DNA from: Neophaeotheca triangularis
Taxonomy: Eukaryota
Assembly: GCA_054600435.1 (NCBI GenBank)
Contig: BAAIJX010000032.1
Location: forward strand, 234,534-254,533
DNA: 20,000 bases
Direction of reading: 5' to 3'
A program made the position numbers and the translations under genes. The notes beneath the pieces are model-generated. The model was not told the DNA's origin. It made no database searches and saw only the letters and a list, made by a program, of their open reading frames with translations. Every line of letters begins with the position of its first letter. Within the stretch, counting starts at the first letter, position 1. Shown in pieces: positions 1 to 11,874 of this stretch.

Positions 1-3000
1 ACCGCGGGCACCACGGGCACAGGCACCTTTGGTGGTGGTGCGTCCACTGGGTTCGGTCAAAGCGCGACCAATACCACCTCAACAGGTGGTGGCTTTGGTG
101 GATTCGGACAGGCCAACGCAGCTTCGACCCCTGGCAACAACAACAGCGGAACAGGCGGCACACCCTTCAGCGCGTTTGTTGAGAAAGATGGCGCGACAAG
201 CCAAAATTCTCACTACCAGTCTATCACCTTCCAGCAGCCCTACCAGAACAAGAGCTTCGAGGAGCTGAGAGTCGAGGACTACATGCAGGGGCGTAAGAAC
301 GGCAATACAAACGGCCAGGCTGGATCTTTCGGCACAAGCACCGGATTTGGAGGGTTTGGAGCAGGCAACACCGCAACAGGCACTTCCAGCACCACCGGTG
401 GCGGACTGTTTGGAAGTAATGCTTCTACTGCCAACAACAACACCACCACTGGCACTGGGTTTGGAGGGTTTGGAGGATCTCAGCAAAACAACACCAGCTC
501 GTTCGGTGGATTTGGTGCAAACAAACCTGCCACTGGCGGTTTTGGCCAACCCGCGAGCTCTGCTACAACCACCGGTGGCTTCGGACAGACTGCTAGTAGC
601 GGTGGCGGGCTTTTCGGCGGCAACAACAACAACAGCAACACAGCTGGAGGCTTCGGGGCGGGGACAACCACTGGAACTACCGGTGGTGGCCTCTTTGGGA
701 GCAACAACCAGCAGCAGAACAAGCCTGCGTTTGGAGGGTTTGGCAGCACGCCCAGCAATACCACCACAGGGTTCGGCCAGACCGGCAACAACAATGCCGG
801 TGGAGGTCTATTCGGCAGTGGCGCAAACACGACCAACAGCACAAGTACAGGCTTCGGTGGCTTCGGTGGCGCCAACGCCAATCAGCAACAACAGAACTCG
901 AACCCCTTCGGCGCACCCAGCACCAACACAGGTTTTGGAGCCTCTCAGAACAAGCCTGCAACTGGTGGGGGTCTTTTCGGCGGCGCTTCGAACAACACTG
1001 GTGGAGCGTTCGGACAAAACCAGCAACAACAGCAAGCTTCAACGCCTTTTGGAGGCGGCGCAAACTCGAACACGGGAGGATCGTCGCTATTTGGGCAGTC
1101 TCAGAACAAGCCTGCTGGTGGTGGACTTTTCGGGAGCGCTACAGGTCAAACCAATACCGGCGGCGGCTCCCTCTTCGGTGGGCTGAACCAAAATCAAAAT
1201 CAAAACACCAACACCAACAGCACCTTTGGTGGCGGTGCTGCTGGAAGCGGCTCGCTCTTTGGCGCGAAGCCAGCTGCTGGGAACACAGGAGGTCTGTTCG
1301 GCAACTCCGGCAGCGCCAACACGGGCGGTGGCCTCTTCGGGCAGAGTCAGAACCAGAACCAGCAAAACAACAACTCCAATTCTCTCTTCGGAGGCATGGG
1401 AAGCAATCAACAGGGCCAGCAAGGCAATGGCACGTCCCTGTTTGGACAGAGCAACAACAATGCACAGCAGCAACAGCAACAGTCGCAAGCTCAGCCTTCA
1501 GGCCAACTGCACACGTCGTTGACCGCTGCGCCTTACGGGAACGAGCAATTGTTCTCGTCGCTTGCCTCACCATCGCCGCCCATTGGTCCATTGGCTACGC
1601 CACTGTCCGGCGCGAGACCAACACCAAGGAAGGGACCAAGCCTTTTGGCTTCTACGCGGCTCAACAGTCCGGCGCACACCCCACGGGGATCCAGCGGCTC
1701 GTTGGGACGTAGCGCAGGATACGGCTTCAGCTATTCTAACTACGGCACGCCAAGCTCTGTTTACTCCAACAGCCTCACTCCGGGCGCTAGCAGCTTGCTC
1801 CGGCAAAGTGGAAGCTTTGGAAGGTCATCAGGTCTTCTGTCCAAGAGCTACAGCACCAGCAACCTCCGAGGCGACGTCAGTCAGAGCGAGGGCAACAGTT
1901 TGCTTCGCTCAAGCGCCTTCTCTCCGTCCGGGACTGGGTCTGGCAGCTACGGTAGAAACAGTGTTCGCAAACTGCATATTGACCGGTCCTTGCGCTCTGA
2001 TCTGTTCGGCCCTCCGCCTGGCCGTGAAGAAGGCGAGCGCCGCCAGTCAAAGTCCGTTAGCTTCGACAATGCAGTGCTTAGCGGCAGCGCAAATGGCAGT
2101 GCTACGCCCAACAACAATAGCAGCATAAGCACTGCGCTTGTCCGGACTGAGGAATCCGAGGACAGGACGCCACAAGGCTCAAAGTCGCAGTCCGCCAACC
2201 AGGCATCTCAAGGCGAACAGACGAATGTCAATGGTGCTTCTGGTCTCTCTACAGTCCCGGAGGATGGAGAGCCTGCTCGTTCTTCTCCTGCTACTGCACC
2301 TCGTACGCATGCTAGCAAGCCCCGGGAATCCCCCCCTGGTGACTACTACATGGACCCACCGCTTCGTCAACTACAGAACATGTCCCGCGCACAGCTCCAA
2401 AAAGTCAACCGTTTTAGGGTCGGACGCGAAAATGCCGGATTCATCGACTTCGGCCCATGTGACCTGACGTCTGTCGATCTCGACAAGGTCCTGGGCGACA
2501 TTGTGCAAATCGAGGCTCGCAATGCAACGGTGTATCCCGACAAGAAGTCGACCCCGCCCATGGGCCAGGGATTGAATGTTCCTTCGCTCATCACATTAGA
2601 GCAGACGTGGCCAAAGAAGGGAAGAAAAGGCCGGAATGGAGAGGTTATTCAAACGCCAGAGGAACGTCTTATCGACAACCTCAAGAAGATCGATGGGACC
2701 GCATTCATGGACTGGAACCGCGACACTGGGGTCTGGCGCTTTAGGGTTCAGCACTTCACAACCTACGGCCTCGACGACGACGATGACGAGGATGAATTCG
2801 GCGAGAGTAGAATTGAGACTGAGCAAAGTTCCAGCGTTCTCACCGACGCCCCACCAACCACTGATCAGCAAGACGATTACACACTCGCCAGTGTGGATTC
2901 GAGCAACGTCGACGAGGACACCTTTCAGTTCAAACTCGAGAAGCGATCTCAACGCAGCCAGCAAGGCTACATGCCTCCTGGTGGCTTCACGGGCGGCGAC

Positions 3001-5726
3001 GTCTCCTACGAATTTGACGACAAAATCATGGAAGAAGCCCCGACACCAGCCGGATTGAACGATGAGTCCATGGCAGATTCTATTCTGTCCGCTGGAGGCC
3101 CCGTGCAAGCTCCCAGCCCCGGAACCTTACAGAAGTTCCACTCCAGCCAGATGGAGCAAGAGCCTGTTGGCGAACAGATTGAGGAGCCCGAGGAAGCAGT
3201 GATGTCTGGTGCTTACAGCGCGCCGCTCGAGCCGAAGTTTCCGCGTTCAATCTTGAAGCCCACCACTGCTGCTTTTGTCTCGCCGCAGAAGGCTGCTACG
3301 GAAACGTGGGAAGAGAAGCTGCAGCAGACGCTCAGCCCTCGTAAGCGAGACCGGCGTGCACTTAAGGATATGCAGCAACCTATGCGCCACCCGGCGGAAG
3401 ACGATGAGGTCAATCTGATGGCCTTCGGCCAAAGCACTTTCGGACAGAGCGCTCTAGGCCAGAGCTACTTGGCGCAAAAGAGCGCAAAAAAGGCACCAGC
3501 TGAGGCCAACACTGGACCGGCGTTCGAGACAACCATCGACATTATGAATTCTCTGTGGGGACAACGAACCGGCAAAAGCAACGCGAGACAGGATGGATTT
3601 GAGGTATGAACAATGATTCCAACCCTGTTCAAACCCAAGCCCCGTTGGACTTCGTCAGAGGAGTCCCCCAGGCATCGATCGGCCGGTTGAGCAAGAGGAT
3701 GATCATCATCGTAGTGTAAAAGTACATAGCTGAGTATTGCGTTTTACAGATTCCTCAACCGAAGAAGCAGCGCTTCACCGACGCCGATGGCTCTACTCCA
3801 ATGGATGCTGAGTTCCGAGACTCCTTCAAGTCGAAGTTCATGGCAGACGGCACTTTGGTCTACGCCGGCAACGCTCCGCCGGGCGATGGTATGGAGACCG
3901 CAAAGGCTCCTGTTGTTGGTGAGAGACGTGACGTACGCTTTGCTCGGTAAGTCTTGTATTTCCACGCACACTTCCCTTGAAGAAGCTAACCAGATCCCAG
4001 GTTTTCTATCCCTCAAGATGGTGATTCCAATATGACCCTCATTGCCCAACAAGACTGCACTGTCTTGGAGAAAGCTCACACTGGAGAAATCCCACACGCT
4101 TTGAATACTACCGAGTTCACTTTCAAAGACTTTCAGCAATCTGTTCCAGATGGTCTAGCGCTCTGGGCGGAGCGAGACATTTGGCAACTTTGCAGCATTT
4201 TGTTTGATGCTCCTGAAGTCGCGTTTCCGGGATGGGCGAACGATCTACCGCATGACTTGGTTCATCTTTACGAAAGCAAAGCGCGCATGGACACCTTCAA
4301 TTCGTTCTGGGCTAAGCTGTGCCCCAACGAGTCCCAGCTACGGAGTGCGAGAACAGAAGAGGAGAAGGCGTTGTTACATCTCGCAATCGGCGACATTGTC
4401 AAAGCGTGCGAGGTCCTAGTTGCCGCCAAAGACTTCAAACTGGCGACCATTGTTGCTCAGCTTCCAGGTGACCCTCAGAGTCAAGAATACATGAGCAAAC
4501 AGATTGAGGCATGGAAGCAGCGTGGAGACTGGAGTGAGATGTCCGACTCCATGAGAGCGCTCTACAGCATCACAGCTGGTTCCTTCTGCACGGTGGCCGG
4601 GACTGGAGGGAGTACGGAGAATCGTTCTTCGGAGTTTTGTATTGCGGAAAGGTTCGGTCTGAGCTGGAAACAGAGCTTGGCTTTGAGGGTACACTATGGC
4701 GGTTTTGCAAGCCTCGAGAAGGCGATAGACGCCTACGTTCAGGATCTGGAGACACAGAAGGAAAAGCTCAAGCCTACTGCGGGAGACGGAGAAGGCTCGA
4801 CAGCTCGCGAAGATCCGCTCTTCGGCCTACTTCGACTTGCTACCAGGGGCACAGACGCGGACTGCTTAACTGTGCTCGAACCAACACTGGCTCCGGGGTC
4901 TTCGACAAGCACTAGGCTCCCGTGGCAGCTAGCCAACTTGCTTATAGCAGCCGACCTAATTAGCCTGCCTGCTGACAAGATGGACTGCTTGACGAATACC
5001 TACGCCGCGGAGCTTGAGCTTCAAACATCACTCGTCAACGCCGCCTGGGTCCTTCTCCACTTGCACGAGAGCATCGACCGTCAACACGCTATCAAGGGAT
5101 TACTGGAGCGCAAAGCCGGCTCTATCCCAGACACCGGCGATACTGCGCAGCCTGGAACAGTCGAGCAGCTCGTCGAGCAAGGAAAGATTCCTTCTGACAT
5201 GATCTGGAAAGCCAAAGCGCTTCATGCCCAAGCTGTCCTGAAGGATCCGGCTCTACAAGCCTCGTACCTACTTCAAGCCAACGATGCCGACGCCGCTCAC
5301 GACATCCTCGTAGGTCGTGTTGGGCCGTCTGTCGTGGTTGAGCGAAATTACGATGCCCTTCAACTGCTCCTACAAGACTTCGAACACGCGCCCTCGATCG
5401 ACAGAGCCAAATGGGATGCTGGCGGTCAGGTGTTTGCCGACTTTGCCCGCCTTATGACGATGAATGGGGGCCAGAAAGAGGCGGAGAGGGGAGGTTTGGT
5501 CAGAAGGCTGCAGAGGGGTCTAGCGGGCATGGAACAGATGCAGGAACGGGCTCCCAAAGGTGCCATTGGTCTTGAGGCCCGGGTTGCACTGGTCGAGATG
5601 CACACGAGCGTGAAAAAGATCGCGAAGGAGTTGGGAGAGAAGACGTCCGCTCCGGCGCAGACTAAAGCCAGGCTGTCCAGTGCGCAAGACCTACTTGCAA
5701 AGTACACCATGGCAATGGCTGCGTGA
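1..5726 (+). CDS. NUP98: Nup98-Nup96 nucleoporin precursor (Nup145/Nup189/SonB orthologue), 5'-partial; exons <1-3603, 3750-3946, 4001-5726 (1841 aa within the window)
   Basis: Frame 1 is open from base 1 with FG/GLFG repeats (1 to ~1450), so the ORF-track ATG at 283 is internal. GLEBS motif ...YQSITFQQPYQNKSFEELRVEDY at ~148-297. Nup98 autoproteolytic domain ~2332-2760 ending WRFRVQHF/TTYGL. Removing two canonical introns joins GFE|IPQPKKQR...VRFAR|FSIPQ in frame to the 4032-5726 helical Nup96-type ORF. Confidence 0.95.
3604..3749 (+). other. Spliceosomal intron of Nup98-96 (146 nt, phase 0)
   Basis: GAG|GTATGA donor, GCTGAG branch-like site ~3729-3734, TTTTACAG acceptor ending 3749; restores the reading frame. 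Confidence 0.85.
3947..4000 (+). other. Spliceosomal intron of Nup98-96 (54 nt, phase 2)
   Basis: GTAAGT donor, GCTAAC branch 3985-3990, CCCAG acceptor ending 4000; places the downstream exon in frame with ORF 4032-5726. Confidence 0.92.
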
Positions 5727-6551
5727 GCCCAGTAAAAGTAGCCAAGAGAAGGTCAAGAGATGAAGCGAATGATAAGACGGAGAAGGCGTGGAGCCAGTCC
5801 GGTCATGTTTCGTTAGTATAGCTAGTGTATTATTGTCCCAATTGTAAGTGCCATTTTCTTCTTATAGATAGTGGAAGAACGGGTCATCTTTCGTGCATCG
5901 CGGCCATAAAGATCAGCACCATCACACCCTAGACAAGTATGGGCATCATGTGAACCTATGCAGATCTACTATTCGTGTGCATCTAAAGTAATCGATGTTC
6001 CCCCTGAGCACGTGAACTACAAATATACAGATTGAAGCCCTAGCGACAAGCGAGCCCGAGGCTGCGAATAACAGGCTCCAGCTGCCAAAGCACCTACACT
6101 TCACTGGCTTGAGCTCACGACCGTTCGGGAACAAACAGAATTGGAATTACATCCGTGGGCATATTAATTACCATGTCCACAAGTTAAGCTGTCGCCTGTG
6201 TGTGAAGTGCGAAGGGGGCTCGCCACGATGGACCTCCCCGCGACCTTCTTGCTGAGGAGCCTGATACTTTCAGATCGGCCGCCGACGGCTCCATCAAAGA
6301 CTACAAGTGGTATTGTTAATCCCAGGTGTGTCTTTGATCTCAATCGTCCGTCTAATCGGCTGATCGGGAATAGGGTTTTCGACGAACGTAAACATCTACG
6401 CCAGGGACTCCAAACTCCAAACGACGACACGAGAGGCACCTGAAACACAACTGTCCACTCCTGCGGGCCGGCGCACCCTGACCTCAATTGACGGCCGGTG
6501 GATCCAAGGCGTCTCCATTAATCGTAGAGGGCTGCGCGCCGCCCGCCAGCA

Positions 6552-9398
6552 ATGCGGTTGGATCGCACTTCCTCTTCTGACCAGCAAGTGACAGTTACGG
6601 TTGATGATGAAAGGCATCGGGGCTCGCAGCTACCACGGAAGGCTGAGAGGCTTCTAGGAACGAGGGCATTGTATCAGAATAGCAGCGCGGTCAAGAGCAG
6701 GGCAGAAGATCAGCGTCCACATGGGGCATGTTTAGATGCAGAGGAGCGGAGGGGATATGCTGAGCGCGGCAACAGCCACGACGACAGTTCTGCTATATCA
6801 CGAGACTCTATGCCTACACATTGGAAGACCTGGAGGCACCGGGACAAACAACAAGTTTCGAGCGGTCATGGGGCGGTCGCGTCTCATCACGACTACTCGA
6901 AAAACTCCAACGCAAGCCTACAAAGTCAGATGCGGCGCGAACCCTCAAATTCCACCATGGGCTCACAGTACTACGATCCTGCTCGACTTCCGTCCACCGT
7001 CTCCCAGCAGACATCTGCTTCTGCGATTCGAGACAGGCGCTGGATCCCTCCGGAGCATTTGCACGCCAGTGCCAGCGACCCTGCCCTGGTGTCATCTGAT
7101 AGGCCCCTTAAGTCGGCCATGAAGCGGCCTACACAGGATAGGCGCGTCAGCGACAAAGGTCTCAGGCGACCCAGAAAGTTTGACATATCTTCCTTCTTTT
7201 CAAGATCGAAGCCTTCGCAGGATCAGCGCTCAAGTGCGGCGGGATCATCTTCGATTCCTCCCACCTATGGACCGGCAGAACCACTGGAGGGCCTCTCAGG
7301 ACGAGAGAACCTGCATCTGAAAGCGCATGAGACGCCTGCTTCTAGACGCGCGACGAGAGCAAAGATATTCGACAATGACCTTGATACCGTGGAGAGAACA
7401 CGAAGGCGTCCTCCCAAAGGAATATCCAATTGGTTCGATGGTCTTGACGATATCAGTAGCGAAGACGAATGCGAAGACGATGGCGTAGCAGTTGCCGCTA
7501 CGACTTCATACCCAGTTCCGAGGGTTCCTGCTCAGGAGGATCGGTCCCGGGCGCCCCAGCCTGTGAAGCCCAGAGGGGCGATGCCAGACCCTGTACAGGA
7601 TAACCTACTCGCTATACGCGACGCCAAGATTCGGCTCAAACGTGCCATGCAGCCGCCACAACGTAGGGGCAGCGAAGATTCGAACGCCGTTGACTCTGCC
7701 GTTTCTGCTGAAGAAAGGAAGAGGCTTGAATCTAGGCTTGCTGGAGCTCGCCTTGCCAAAGAAAGTATACTCTCGCTCTCTTCTTCATCCGAAGATGAGC
7801 GCCCAAATCTTCCCGCCATCCGAGATAGTCTCGCCTCTGATTCTATTCATCGGATACAAACCCCTTCGATTAGGAACGCTAGAAGCGTTGGCGTACTTCG
7901 ACCGGCTGCGCCCGCCAGGCAATTGCAAAGCAGTCGGAGCTTTCAGCGCGAGAGTGCGTATCCACGCGATACCGTATCGACCTTCCAAACGTCGGGATCC
8001 ATTCCGATCAGGCTCAACAGTGACATTCCGATTCCTCCTTTGCCGATGGCCGACGCGAGCAACGGGTCTGACTCTGCCGTTGTGGCGTTGCACCAGCTAG
8101 AGGGTAAGCGTGAGTCTCAGCGAGCCAGCAGCCGCCTCTGGTCCACGAGCGAGAATGCCTCTGCACAAGATGACGGTGAGAGTTTTGTCAGCGAAACAAC
8201 GACCAGCTACGGTTCAGAACCGGCACACATGTTCGCGGTTACCGAAGAGGAGATGGCTCTTTTGGAGATGATGCGTAAGAAGCGGGCAGCAATGGCTCAG
8301 AATAGCTTCTCCGAAGGTCATCGCACGCTGATGCCGGAAGATAAACGGTACCCTACGTCAAGAAGAGGGTCCTCGCATCACAGGCAGAGCACAATGCTAG
8401 GCCAGGAAAGCGACAATCTGGGCGCCCGGCAAAACCACAGTCCTTCTGGCTCATCATCACCCAGCTTTCCACAAGTCTCTTGCGAATTAGAAGACATTGC
8501 ATTCCGAGAAGGAGATTGTGAGAAAGATACTCAGGAATTGGAAGGAAGCCGGGAAGCCGTGAATCATGCGAGCGGGCAGTTGTTGCTGCCCCAAGCTTAC
8601 GATCCAAGAGCGAAGCAGGTGACAACCACGTTGCATCCTGTTGGCAAGACTGGAGGTTCTCCACAGCATGAGTTCGGAAGTGCTGGAGGATTCTTTACCG
8701 ACGACCACGACGTACCACTCGGCTCAACGCGGACGCCCACGACGGATGCTTTTCCAGCCCCGCCCACAGGCAGGAAGCCAAGCTCGCAAAGGCGCTCGCG
8801 CAAGTCTCCAATGTCTCCCCAACTTATAGTCGAAGAGGAGCCAATACCCGAGCAAGCAGAAGTTCATTATCATTACTCCCGAGCACCAGGGAAGGCCACC
8901 ATGGCAAGAGCCACCACGGGCGAGGATATTTCCACTGACAAGAGCGTCTCCACGTGTTCATCCCCTGCGACCGGCTCCCACCCAACAGGCCACCATTGGA
9001 GTCCCTACCACGCAAGCTCAGACTCGGAGTTGACCAAGCTAGACTCGGCCCAGCCTGGGAGCAAGTTTTCGTTCTCGTCGGCCGGTACCTCTAGCGTTTG
9101 GCCGCGGACCTCTTCTTCATCAGCGCACAGCCCATCCGACGAAGCGCGCAGCACTATCAATCACCAGCAAGGGCCCGTCCGTGAACGGCGCTCGCTCGTC
9201 AGTAGCCAAAGACAGGCTGGAAAGCCCCGCATGAGCATCTACAAAGGAGAAGACTGGCAGGTTCCTCAGGGCGTTCATCGCGTGGGCAGTGTGCGCAGCC
9301 AAAATAGCCACATCAGCGCCGGCGAGGATGTCTTGGCGGCTTGGGCGGCCCTCGGAGGGGGAAGTGAGGCTTTTACCCCCGGAAGAGGAGCAAGGTGA
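6552..9398 (+). CDS. Hypothetical Ser/Arg/Pro-rich, largely disordered protein (948 aa); start codon uncertain
   Basis: 2.85-kb uninterrupted ORF. Short structured-looking islands (KAERLLG, RPPKGISNWFDGLDD, MFAVTEEEMALLEMMRKKRAAM, SAGEDVLAAWAALGG) in low-complexity sequence; no recognisable domain. Confidence 0.8.
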   Translation: MRLDRTSSSDQQVTVTVDDERHRGSQLPRKAERLLGTRALYQNSSAVKSRAEDQRPHGACLDAEERRGYAERGNSHDDSSAISRDSMPTHWKTWRHRDKQQVSSGHGAVASHHDYSKNSNASLQSQMRREPSNSTMGSQYYDPARLPSTVSQQTSASAIRDRRWIPPEHLHASASDPALVSSDRPLKSAMKRPTQDRRVSDKGLRRPRKFDISSFFSRSKPSQDQRSSAAGSSSIPPTYGPAEPLEGLSGRENLHLKAHETPASRRATRAKIFDNDLDTVERTRRRPPKGISNWFDGLDDISSEDECEDDGVAVAATTSYPVPRVPAQEDRSRAPQPVKPRGAMPDPVQDNLLAIRDAKIRLKRAMQPPQRRGSEDSNAVDSAVSAEERKRLESRLAGARLAKESILSLSSSSEDERPNLPAIRDSLASDSIHRIQTPSIRNARSVGVLRPAAPARQLQSSRSFQRESAYPRDTVSTFQTSGSIPIRLNSDIPIPPLPMADASNGSDSAVVALHQLEGKRESQRASSRLWSTSENASAQDDGESFVSETTTSYGSEPAHMFAVTEEEMALLEMMRKKRAAMAQNSFSEGHRTLMPEDKRYPTSRRGSSHHRQSTMLGQESDNLGARQNHSPSGSSSPSFPQVSCELEDIAFREGDCEKDTQELEGSREAVNHASGQLLLPQAYDPRAKQVTTTLHPVGKTGGSPQHEFGSAGGFFTDDHDVPLGSTRTPTTDAFPAPPTGRKPSSQRRSRKSPMSPQLIVEEEPIPEQAEVHYHYSRAPGKATMARATTGEDISTDKSVSTCSSPATGSHPTGHHWSPYHASSDSELTKLDSAQPGSKFSFSSAGTSSVWPRTSSSSAHSPSDEARSTINHQQGPVRERRSLVSSQRQAGKPRMSIYKGEDWQVPQGVHRVGSVRSQNSHISAGEDVLAAWAALGGGSEAFTPGRGAR

Positions 9399-9867
9399 CG
9401 TGTTGATGGCGGTGGTCTCGTCTTGTTCTACTAGCTAGCATTCACAGCTCTCTTTTCCGTTTTACTTCGTAGGTCAAATTGCTGAGATCGCGGACATAGA
9501 GATAGATAATAATAATTATAGTAGTGCGCGAACTGCATATCATACGTGAGTAAGTACCTTTTGACTTCTCTCGGCGCCCCGATGCCAAGCTTGCTGGGGG
9601 GGCTTGCTCCGAGTTACTGCGCGAAGGAGTCACGATGGACGTTTCGCTTAGCCACCGATGCTCTACAGCAACAGGTAAATGAACTGTGGACGAAGCTCTG
9701 AGTGATGAGTTATCAGTGACTCGTCCGTCTTTTTCCCCAAAATAATAAGACAGAGTCTACGATTCAATGGTCGACAGTATTGTAAGACAGACAACCGCAT
9801 CTCGCGCCGTTCTCTCATCATCATTCACACCTCTTCCCGATCGACGGCGTCGCTACATACTGTAAAC

Positions 9868-11214
9868 ATGGTCATTGGGCGTCTCCATGGCAGCATCATA
9901 CTTGATGAACCAAACCATAAGGTCTATCAAGGCCCGGGCGCAACCGTGACTGGGAACATTGCCCTACGGTGGCTGTCAAACCACACTAGCGGCAACGACG
10001 AACTGTTTGGCCCTCTCAAGGCAACTGTACGTCTCGAAGGTCGGGCAAAGAGCAAAGTATGGAAACAAAGCGGTCAAAGCAGCCACATATATCGCGGTCG
10101 ACAAGCTCTGTTCGCCAGGACTCAGATGGCTTACGACGACAGTGTTCGGTTGGGAGACCACGAGCAGATTCTTGTTCCTTTCAGCATTGCATTCCCTTCC
10201 GGCAACGAGGCACAACCTTCAACGAACACCTGGACCCACGATTCTAGATTTGACTCTACCGGTGGAGCGCCTCTTCCACCATCGGTGAACGTGGTCTATT
10301 TTGGATTCTCTCACCATTTTGAATGCTTTGTGGCCTACCAGATCAACGTGTCTGTGAGCACGCCGGGCATCGAAGTCGCCATAGATGGTCTCCATGGAGA
10401 GGGGGGTCCACACCTTCAATACGAACCTCTTCCTCCGTTGAGAGACACTTCGATCGAGCATCATCGCTTAAAATGCTCTGCGAAAGTCCAAAACGAATTC
10501 CTGTTGCCAGAAGACCTCCGGCCCCACGGTTTCAAAGAGAGGGCGAAAGCGGTCTTTCAAAGCGACTACTATCCGACTTTCCAGTACGAAATATCTTTGT
10601 CCGCACCAAAAGCTATCTATCTGGGTGAGCGTATTCGATTCAGGTGCAAGATCAAACCGGACCTTCAGAACTCAACAGCACCAACTATACCGGACGTCAC
10701 GTTGTACGGACTCCAAGCTCAGCTACGTGCCAACACCCTCTGTCGATCGGAGCAGGGATGGATATCATGCTACGAGTCTCACGGGAGTGAAGATGTTCTC
10801 CAGCTTGAGAGCCGCAAAGACCCGGTTCCGTTCAATAAGGCTGACAATTGGGTCAAAGATCTCGAAACTCAGGTAGTAGAGGGAAACTTTTGCTCCTCGT
10901 TCAGCACATTCAACATCGCCCGGTCGTATTCACTGAAGCTCCACCTATGCATCGGGTGCGCTGCAAAGAGTACCAACCTGGAGCACCAAGTGCAGGTCAT
11001 CCTTCATCCTCCGAGGTGGCAGGGTGGCACCGCCAGCAGCGAGGCGATCGGTCACGCTGGACCCTCGGTGAATCAGGCAGTGCCGATAGTAGAGGACCTG
11101 GGAGATGCTGGGTTGACGGTGCCAGTGCCGGAGTACGAGGAGCCTCCAAGCTACGATCAGATTGAAGGGAATGCAGGGCCGGTGGGTGATGTTCAGGGAG
11201 AGGGCAAGTGCTAG
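9868..11214 (+). CDS. Alpha-arrestin-like protein (arrestin-type beta-sandwich with C-terminal PPxY), probable Rsp5/HulA ubiquitin-ligase adaptor
   Basis: 448-aa ORF with AAACATGG start context. Fungal arrestin-N-like pattern (VTGNIAL...LEGRAKSKV...IYRGRQALF...PFSIAFP...PLPPS), second sandwich ending SFSTFNIARSYSLKL, tail VPEY...PPSY. Confidence 0.75.
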   Translation: MVIGRLHGSIILDEPNHKVYQGPGATVTGNIALRWLSNHTSGNDELFGPLKATVRLEGRAKSKVWKQSGQSSHIYRGRQALFARTQMAYDDSVRLGDHEQILVPFSIAFPSGNEAQPSTNTWTHDSRFDSTGGAPLPPSVNVVYFGFSHHFECFVAYQINVSVSTPGIEVAIDGLHGEGGPHLQYEPLPPLRDTSIEHHRLKCSAKVQNEFLLPEDLRPHGFKERAKAVFQSDYYPTFQYEISLSAPKAIYLGERIRFRCKIKPDLQNSTAPTIPDVTLYGLQAQLRANTLCRSEQGWISCYESHGSEDVLQLESRKDPVPFNKADNWVKDLETQVVEGNFCSSFSTFNIARSYSLKLHLCIGCAAKSTNLEHQVQVILHPPRWQGGTASSEAIGHAGPSVNQAVPIVEDLGDAGLTVPVPEYEEPPSYDQIEGNAGPVGDVQGEGKC

Positions 11215-11874
11215 ATGCTGAGACGCGATATCCGATGCGTTTTGCGATACCCCATTGTTTAGTTATTGCCCGTAATATCTGTGTAGTTCGTCCAGACACT
11301 ATGTACATGACTTTGGCTCGGAACATCACACTACAGGCTAAGATAGGCCTGCGGGAGGCTCTGAGGTTGGAAAACCTGAGCGGCATCGGCGTAGCAGGGT
11401 GTCGATAAATGTTCAGCCGCGGTGGAACGCTGGGAGCTCTGCCACAGTACTGTTGTATATAGTAGGACTAGGACTTTCGCTACTTTGCTGCTGAACTGGT
11501 GCTCCCGGTCTGATGGCCGCCGCCCTTTTGAACTCCAACAATTGTGTCTGAGATACTGTATATACCAAACCTTCTGTAGTAAGCGAGTAGTCCAACAGGA
11601 TATCGCGCACTCGGTTTGAAGCGATATATTATTAACAAAATCCACGTAACGACTCATCAATCCTGCAGTGCAGTCTGCAGAGGCTTGGCTTCGGTCACCG
11701 ACGAGTCCCTGGAGGCACTACCGCATCACAGCTGAGGTGTCTCCGCTACGACAACAACAAATACCTCACCTCACCTCACTACTACTTCTTCTACTACTCC
11801 CGTATCTGGCACTACTACCATCTCCATTGCCATTGCCAACACTTTCCACTCCGCGCCATGGCACTGCTGGTCAC

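Noticed and set aside
29..2200. Many overlapping alternative-frame and antisense ORFs (e.g. 347-1186)
   Set aside because: Shadows of the low-complexity FG-repeat coding sequence, with no independent features.
3610..3735. Possible intronic box C/D snoRNA (ATGATT...CTGA) or small ORF MIPTLFKPKPRW in the Nup98 intron
   Set aside because: Box C is degenerate, the CTGA coincides with the likely branch site, and I recognise no rRNA guide; the small ORF is only 25 codons.
6198..6527. ORF 6198/6228-6443 as a first exon of the 6552 gene
   Set aside because: Candidate donors at 6326 (phase 2) and 6388 (phase 1) are incompatible with the phase-0 acceptor candidate ending 6527.
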